This document shows, in pieces, positions 59,288-64,000 of a stretch of DNA of 64,000 bases. The stretch lies in the IMG/VR virus record IMGVR_UViG_3300010885_067605. One strand, written 5' to 3'. Both the position numbers and the translations under genes were made by a program. A model generated the notes under the pieces. That model ran no database searches and was not told where the DNA came from. It saw nothing but the letters and a program-made list of their open reading frames with translations. The DNA comes from an uncultured virus (IMG/VR IMGVR_UViG_3300010885_067605). Taxonomy: Duplodnaviria; Heunggongvirae; Uroviricota; Caudoviricetes. Each line of letters opens with the position of its first letter. The stretch's first letter is position 1.

Positions 59288-60342
59288 AATTCAATGAATA
59301 TCATGATATCTGGTCGATATCTAAAAGATCAGGCATGACTAAAGCCAATAATTTCACTGACAGAGAGCAATTATATTCTTTTCTATCTAGAAATATGACT
59401 GACCAGTTAAGTAGACGTCATCTATATTTCGATCAATGGTGGCACCGTTTGCAATGCCCATATTACGATATATACCCTAGTATCATTCCAATGCTTGTAA
59501 AAATCAATTTGGATATTTCTGGCGAGCACATTATCGACACATATATCCAAAATCGTGAAGAAGCTGACAGTGTAATGTCTAAAGTAAATCATGATCTTAG
59601 ACATCTAAAAGGGTTAGCAGATTGGCTAAATATAGATAGACAGATTAATCAATATTTTTGTAGTAGCACATTTTTGCCTCACTTATTAATCAGATTGCCT
59701 GAATGTGACCATCAGTTATGCTTTACTGATCCAGCATATGGCAAAGTCCATGTCAAAACGATATTCATGTCTTTTCAGCCAGTCAATATGAAATGTGTGC
59801 CTAATCATGGTGACCAGCTAATATATGGAGTGACTATAGGTATTGACATAGGGGAGAAAATAGGGATGGGACTCTCCACTACTGGCGTGCCTACTTACTT
59901 AATGAACTGTATCCCACTCAGAGATCAATCGCTGATTAATGCGATAGATCTTTTACCAGAGCATGATTCAGCACAGGAGGGTGTACACATACCTAAACAT
60001 ACTATAACAGACTGTGTTAAATTATGCATGACAGTCAGGTTAATCAAGGATGACCATGATTTAATTCAGCCAGATGTCATCTCTGCAGATCGCTCAAGAT
60101 ACGAAACAGCGGGCGCCATGCTAAAATCATTGCTGGTAAATAAAGCCATTAGGCGTGGCAAGAATGGATATAGGATAGGACATCTATTAGATAACAGTAA
60201 TATGTCTCCTCATCTACGTAGACCACACCCTGCTCTGGTATGGACGGGGGAAGGTCGTAGAATACCACGGATCATCACTAGGAAAGGATCAGTGGTGCAT
60301 AAAGATAAAATCAACCAGATACCTACAGGTTATATGGGGTGA
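59284..60342 (+). CDS. hypothetical phage protein
   Basis: 352 aa; C-terminal SPHLRRPH..W.G.GR motif. Confidence 0.75.
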   Translation: MKFNEYHDIWSISKRSGMTKANNFTDREQLYSFLSRNMTDQLSRRHLYFDQWWHRLQCPYYDIYPSIIPMLVKINLDISGEHIIDTYIQNREEADSVMSKVNHDLRHLKGLADWLNIDRQINQYFCSSTFLPHLLIRLPECDHQLCFTDPAYGKVHVKTIFMSFQPVNMKCVPNHGDQLIYGVTIGIDIGEKIGMGLSTTGVPTYLMNCIPLRDQSLINAIDLLPEHDSAQEGVHIPKHTITDCVKLCMTVRLIKDDHDLIQPDVISADRSRYETAGAMLKSLLVNKAIRRGKNGYRIGHLLDNSNMSPHLRRPHPALVWTGEGRRIPRIITRKGSVVHKDKINQIPTGYMG

Positions 60343-60365
60343 AATCGATATCAGATAGTTCTGGG

Positions 60366-60450
60366 GGACAGGTGGCAGAGTGGTTGAATGCACCGGTCTT
60401 GAAAACCGGCGAGCCTCACGGCTCCGGGGGTTCGAATCCCTCCCTGTCCG
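60366..60450 (+). tRNA. tRNA-Ser(UGA), no encoded CCA
   Basis: GGACAGG/CCTGTCC acceptor stem, CCGGT-CTTGAAA-ACCGG anticodon arm, long variable arm, GGTTCGAATCC. Confidence 0.97.
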
Positions 60451-60544
60451 TTTTACCATGCCTGCGACTAGTTCGTTGAGCTGGTCTTATGTGTATTTAA
60501 AATGTGTTTGGTTGGTTAAGGATTCTTTCACAAAGGGAGTAGTT

Positions 60545-61045
60545 ATGAAGTTCGTAGTCGCAGCAGCGGTAGCTTTGTCATTGGTAGGAATCACACGTGC
60601 CGATGAATTAAGCATTCCTGATAATACCAAGAGCGTCCTTGTTTCACAGGTCGTAAATGTGCAGCCAACCGCTTTGCCGGTTAGCTCGACTACATTGGCT
60701 ACACCAAGAGTGATTACGGTGGCTCAGCCGATTATGCCCACTTATGGCAGTGCCAGTAGTGTGACATATAAGAACCGTAAGCGTATCGCTCCCGGAGCGG
60801 CACTGTCTGCAGCCGGTGTCAACTTGACCAGGACAGAATTAGATGCTTGCTGCCAGAAAGTTACTAACGCATCGACTGCTTATGTAGCTATTTGTGCTCC
60901 TGCTTGCCCGACTAAGCAAGATGTCAGGACCACTCGTAATGGTGGGCGAGTAGTGTATGATTACGGTCGGTATGAGGCGGTGGTTACTGATAAGAAGGAT
61001 GGCAATGTTGAAGTGAAATATCGTAAGCGGCTTCTTGACCGCTGA
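60545..61045 (+). CDS. secreted protein, planctomycete-like
   Basis: GGGAG RBS; signal peptide MKFVVAAAVALSLVGITRA; ICAPAC..YDYGRYE..VEVKY. Confidence 0.75.
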   Translation: MKFVVAAAVALSLVGITRADELSIPDNTKSVLVSQVVNVQPTALPVSSTTLATPRVITVAQPIMPTYGSASSVTYKNRKRIAPGAALSAAGVNLTRTELDACCQKVTNASTAYVAICAPACPTKQDVRTTRNGGRVVYDYGRYEAVVTDKKDGNVEVKYRKRLLDR

Positions 61046-61062
61046 ATGCTGAATAATATGAC

Positions 61063-61106
61063 TCATCTGCCCCTCCATAGTATTTATTCTATGGAGGGGC
61101 AGATGA
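61063..61106 (+). promoter_or_regulatory. perfect 18-bp inverted repeat covering the RBS and ATG of the next gene
   Basis: TCATCTGCCCCTCCATAG-TATTTATT-CTATGGAGGGGCAGATGA. Confidence 0.85.
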
Positions 61107-61354
61107 CAAAGGGTGAAGTTATCATGAAGAAAATAGCTGCAAAACGACTGCCATGGGTGTCGATCACCGACCGCAAGCCTGATCGGCTCTCCTCCGTCCT
61201 CGTCTGGACGCGGCGCAAGACTTGGTACAAGGCAACATTTGAGGACGGTAAATTTTGGTTGTGCTTTGGGCGCGGTGTAATCGACGATATCACCCACTGG
61301 TGCTATGTTACTGATCCTGTAGATCAGCATATTAAAGAGTCTGCCGCAAGTTAG
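61103..61354 (+). CDS. DUF551-like protein
   Basis: WVSITDRKP..VLVW..ITHW. Confidence 0.7.
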   Translation: MTKGEVIMKKIAAKRLPWVSITDRKPDRLSSVLVWTRRKTWYKATFEDGKFWLCFGRGVIDDITHWCYVTDPVDQHIKESAAS

Positions 61355-61367
61355 ACACAAAATATAC

Positions 61368-62066
61368 TTACAGATCTGACAGTGGGTCAGGCAGATCTGC
61401 CCACAGATCTGCCCATGGATCTGGAAGATTATCCATAGAATATTGTTTTTCTATTTTAACTGGATCTATATCTTTTGCCGCCCAAAAATCATGGCCGATC
61501 TTTGCAAAATTCCAACCGGCTGGCAAATACTTTTTTAATAATGTCTTATATAATCTAATCCTGCTATCCTCGAGTGCTGTTAGATTAAAGGCGATTGGGT
61601 TCATAGCATTAGCCCACTGCTTAATAGCATGTAGCACGGTAGCAAAGACAGTATTGGCATTGCCAGTACCTGTGATCTGATATGTAGCCCATTCGACTTC
61701 TTCGTAGGTTAAGTAGAAAGAAATCTCCCACACTGGGCTTTCTGAATCTACCCTCATTATATCTATATCGTATACATAGCTTTGATTTTTAGTCGGATCA
61801 TCAATGTAGAATCTTCCTTTCCAGAAATCTTCTGTGGAGGTAATCCACTTTATATCGACTGGTTTTTCTAATGCCTCCTGAATATTCTTAACAGCAGACT
61901 CTATATCATCACCCCATGTGTGCATATCATCATATGTTTTTTTATCAATAGTGCTATTACGCTTAGAGCGAGATATACCCTTTCGTTTACGGCGATTGAT
62001 ATTTTTAAAGAGCCCATCTGCCTCCAATATAGACAGGTCGATATCCAATAATCGTTCAAATTTCAT
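61368..62066 (-). CDS. hypothetical phage protein with SILE leader
   Basis: ITGTGNA..VFATV..I..SR.RLY motif; AGGA RBS. Confidence 0.7.
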   Translation of the reverse strand: MKFERLLDIDLSILEADGLFKNINRRKRKGISRSKRNSTIDKKTYDDMHTWGDDIESAVKNIQEALEKPVDIKWITSTEDFWKGRFYIDDPTKNQSYVYDIDIMRVDSESPVWEISFYLTYEEVEWATYQITGTGNANTVFATVLHAIKQWANAMNPIAFNLTALEDSRIRLYKTLLKKYLPAGWNFAKIGHDFWAAKDIDPVKIEKQYSMDNLPDPWADLWADLPDPLSDL

Positions 62067-62079
62067 GACGATTCCTCTA

Positions 62080-62433
62080 TCACTCTGGAAATATATCTTC
62101 TAATATGGCATCCAGAGCCCTGTTAAAGGATTCACAGTCCCATCGATTAAGTGATTTGCATATGGCTTTATCCGGATCTTTTCTACAATCTATGTTATGC
62201 ATTCTTTTCTGCCCGCCCATTCTGCTGCAGAAAGATTTACGACGTTTTGCTGACTTGGGAGATTTTGATGCTTGTTTTTTAGAAACTGGCTTTTTCAGTT
62301 TATGGCCTTTGCTGTTGTAGTGGGCACGACCACGGTCATTTAGCCCCCCAGCTTTACTCTGATACTTTTTAGCGACCCCTTCTTGGGTAAGATAGGGCGT
62401 AACACATTGCTGCTCGTCTTCAGGCCTTAACAT
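62080..62433 (-). CDS. DUF6321-like basic phage protein
   Basis: GGLN..GR..Y..LK.PV..RRKSFC.RM.G..L.RW.C. Confidence 0.75.
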   Translation of the reverse strand: MLRPEDEQQCVTPYLTQEGVAKKYQSKAGGLNDRGRAHYNSKGHKLKKPVSKKQASKSPKSAKRRKSFCSRMGGQKRMHNIDCRKDPDKAICKSLNRWDCESFNRALDAILEDIFPE

Positions 62434-62456
62434 ATACTAGTACTCCGTGGTTAAAG

Positions 62457-62464
62457 TATATTTG
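62457..62464 (-). promoter_or_regulatory. putative late promoter CAAATATA
   Basis: recurring motif upstream of 62433. Confidence 0.5.
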
Positions 62465-62540
62465 ATACCAATATCGTCTATGGGGTGTGAGCAAGTCGGT
62501 TATCTTCATCGTTCAAATATTATAATAGGAGTCATTAGAG

Positions 62541-63311
62541 ATGATTAAGAGACTGATATCCGGTTGTATGATGCTGCTGGTATCTGCTAGCTTATATGCT
62601 GGGACTATAGATCCTAATACTCCAGATGTCAAATATGTAGAATATGGGGCTGAGTTTAAACACGTAGTCCAAATAGTCGGTATAAAAGATGATGGTTCCG
62701 CATATTCTGGATCAGCGGTAGCATATAAGAGAAATATAATTATTACTGCTGCACATTTATTCACGAATCACCAGTCGGCCGCTGTCGTATTCGATCAGAA
62801 AACGCTGATCATAACAAAAGTAATAAAATATAAATATTTTGACCCTAAGCAAAAAGGTAAACATGACATAGCAATGTGCTTGGTACAAGGTGACTTCGGG
62901 TTAAGCTGGTATCCTACCATTTATACAGGTCAACGAGAAAGTGGTTCGATATGTTCCTTAGCAGGATATGGCTGTACTGGGACATTTAACACTGGCGTGA
63001 TCGAAGAATTAGGATGTTCTAAAAGAGCCGGGTCTAACACTATAGATTATGTTAGTGATCGTATAATTTATTGTTCTCCTTCGATTCATATTAAACGCAC
63101 AGAACTAGAATTCATGACAGCTATAGGTGATAGTGGAGGTGGATTATTCATAGGTAATGAATTAGCTGGTATCCACTCTGGAATACAGGATAACGGTAAA
63201 CCAGGTAAATCGAGGTATGGATCGGTTAGTATGCATACCAGAGTGAGTGCTTATCAAGATTGGATTAATGCTACTACTATACGATTAATCCAAGAAGAGT
63301 GGGACGAGTAG
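62541..63311 (+). CDS. trypsin-like (S1) serine protease with signal peptide
   Basis: TAAH, HDIA, GDSGGG. Confidence 0.92.
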   Translation: MIKRLISGCMMLLVSASLYAGTIDPNTPDVKYVEYGAEFKHVVQIVGIKDDGSAYSGSAVAYKRNIIITAAHLFTNHQSAAVVFDQKTLIITKVIKYKYFDPKQKGKHDIAMCLVQGDFGLSWYPTIYTGQRESGSICSLAGYGCTGTFNTGVIEELGCSKRAGSNTIDYVSDRIIYCSPSIHIKRTELEFMTAIGDSGGGLFIGNELAGIHSGIQDNGKPGKSRYGSVSMHTRVSAYQDWINATTIRLIQEEWDE

Positions 63312-63344
63312 ATATGTTTATTTTGCCATCAAAAAGGGAGAAAC

Positions 63345-63533
63345 ATGGCCAGATTGGATTATGTTAACTTGCCTGAGAACATAAAGGATAGTTACAAGAG
63401 CAAGGAAATATATAAGATTACCAAACAATCAGCTACCATAATATCAGTATACCTAACTAATCACCAAAAGAAAAATTGGCGTAAAAGGGGTCAGAATTGG
63501 GAACCGCTCAACAGCGATGCTGAGAATGAATAA
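63345..63533 (+). CDS. hypothetical protein
   Basis: GGGAG RBS, 62 aa. Confidence 0.5.
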   Translation: MARLDYVNLPENIKDSYKSKEIYKITKQSATIISVYLTNHQKKNWRKRGQNWEPLNSDAENE

Positions 63534-63560
63534 TATCAGGTCGTCCGCCTTGATCATATC

Positions 63561-64000
63561 TTGAGATTATACACTTGTTATTCCGATTCTCATAAAATAC
63601 TATTCGATAAATATTTTTACCCATCATTGCCAGATGGGGTAAGTCTAGACGTTACCCATATTGACCAAAAAGGCAGCGGGTCATATAAAGACATAGGATG
63701 GCGGGCATGTATGATGGAAAAGATAAAAATCATACGTAGGGCACTAGAAGAAACTGACTGTTTCATTTGGTCAGATTGTGATGTGTTGTTTTTTGGGCCT
63801 ATGACCAAACATCTCCTATTAGAACTCGGTGACTACGACATAGCTTGCCAATATGACAGCAGGGGCATGTATTGTGCTGGTTTCTTCATATGCAGATCTT
63901 CTAATAGTACGAAGAATTTATTTAGAGACATCTATGAGATAATGGAGAAGGACCATGACACACATGATGATGACCAAGATATTCTGAATAAACTGATAGC
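63561..64000 (+). CDS. nucleotide-diphospho-sugar transferase (GT77-like), runs off the window; not in ORF track
   Basis: manual translation from TTG: LYTCYSDSH..K..FIWSDCDV.F..CAGFF..DDQ..LN. Confidence 0.8.
   Translation, partial: MRLYTCYSDSHKILFDKYFYPSLPDGVSLDVTHIDQKGSGSYKDIGWRACMMEKIKIIRRALEETDCFIWSDCDVLFFGPMTKHLLLELGDYDIACQYDSRGMYCAGFFICRSSNSTKNLFRDIYEIMEKDHDTHDDDQDILNKLI

Noticed and set aside
60380..60544. N-terminal extension of ORF 60380..61045
   Set aside because: It is translation through the tRNA-Ser; the RBS and signal peptide place the start at 60545.
61371..61430. CAGATCTG short repeats
   Set aside because: They encode the low-complexity C-terminus PDPWADLWADLPDPLSDL; no evidence of a separate function.
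6004..62764. Numerous 60-170 aa antisense or overlapping ORFs in the track (e.g. 13705..14205, 34195..34542, 60839..61360)
   Set aside because: Shadow ORFs opposite well-supported genes, with no motifs recognised.
1..64000. CRISPR array, cas genes, reverse transcriptase/DGR, integrase or transposase
   Set aside because: No repeat-spacer periodicity and no RT, Cas or transposase motifs seen by eye; a short or degenerate case could be missed.
1..64000. Stop-codon reassignment
   Set aside because: Coding density is high under code 11 and all three stops end well-defined genes; only one isolated in-frame TAA was found.

Overview
64 kb of a large, AT-rich dsDNA tailed phage (jumbo/T4-like myovirus type) using the standard genetic code, with frequent strand switching. 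No capsid, terminase or polymerase gene is in the window. Several small genes resemble Planctomycetota proteins, so a planctomycete host is inferred but not proven. Contents: nucleotide metabolism genes (tmk, dUTPase, adenosine deaminase, NUDIX, HD hydrolase); tail/baseplate genes interleaved with about 9 glycosyltransferase genes, 5 SAM methyltransferases and a DegT/PhyH/LRR/ATP-grasp/flavodoxin operon; a T4 gp2-like DNA end protector; a papain-like protease cassette; a trypsin-like protease; and tRNA-Ser(UGA). Most notable: (1) a dozen unrelated proteins carry N-terminal leaders ending in hydrophobic-x-E, like T4 prohead-protease sites, suggesting a capsid-packaged, injected effector set that includes a highly divergent sigma70-like protein and an Ntn-hydrolase whose catalytic Cys directly follows the site; (2) an unannotated ~200-nt multi-helix RNA at 54335-54561 (-); (3) an endonuclease-Mom fusion broken by a 1-nt frameshift; (4) RBS-sequestering hairpins. 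All assignments come from motif recognition by eye; no searches were run.
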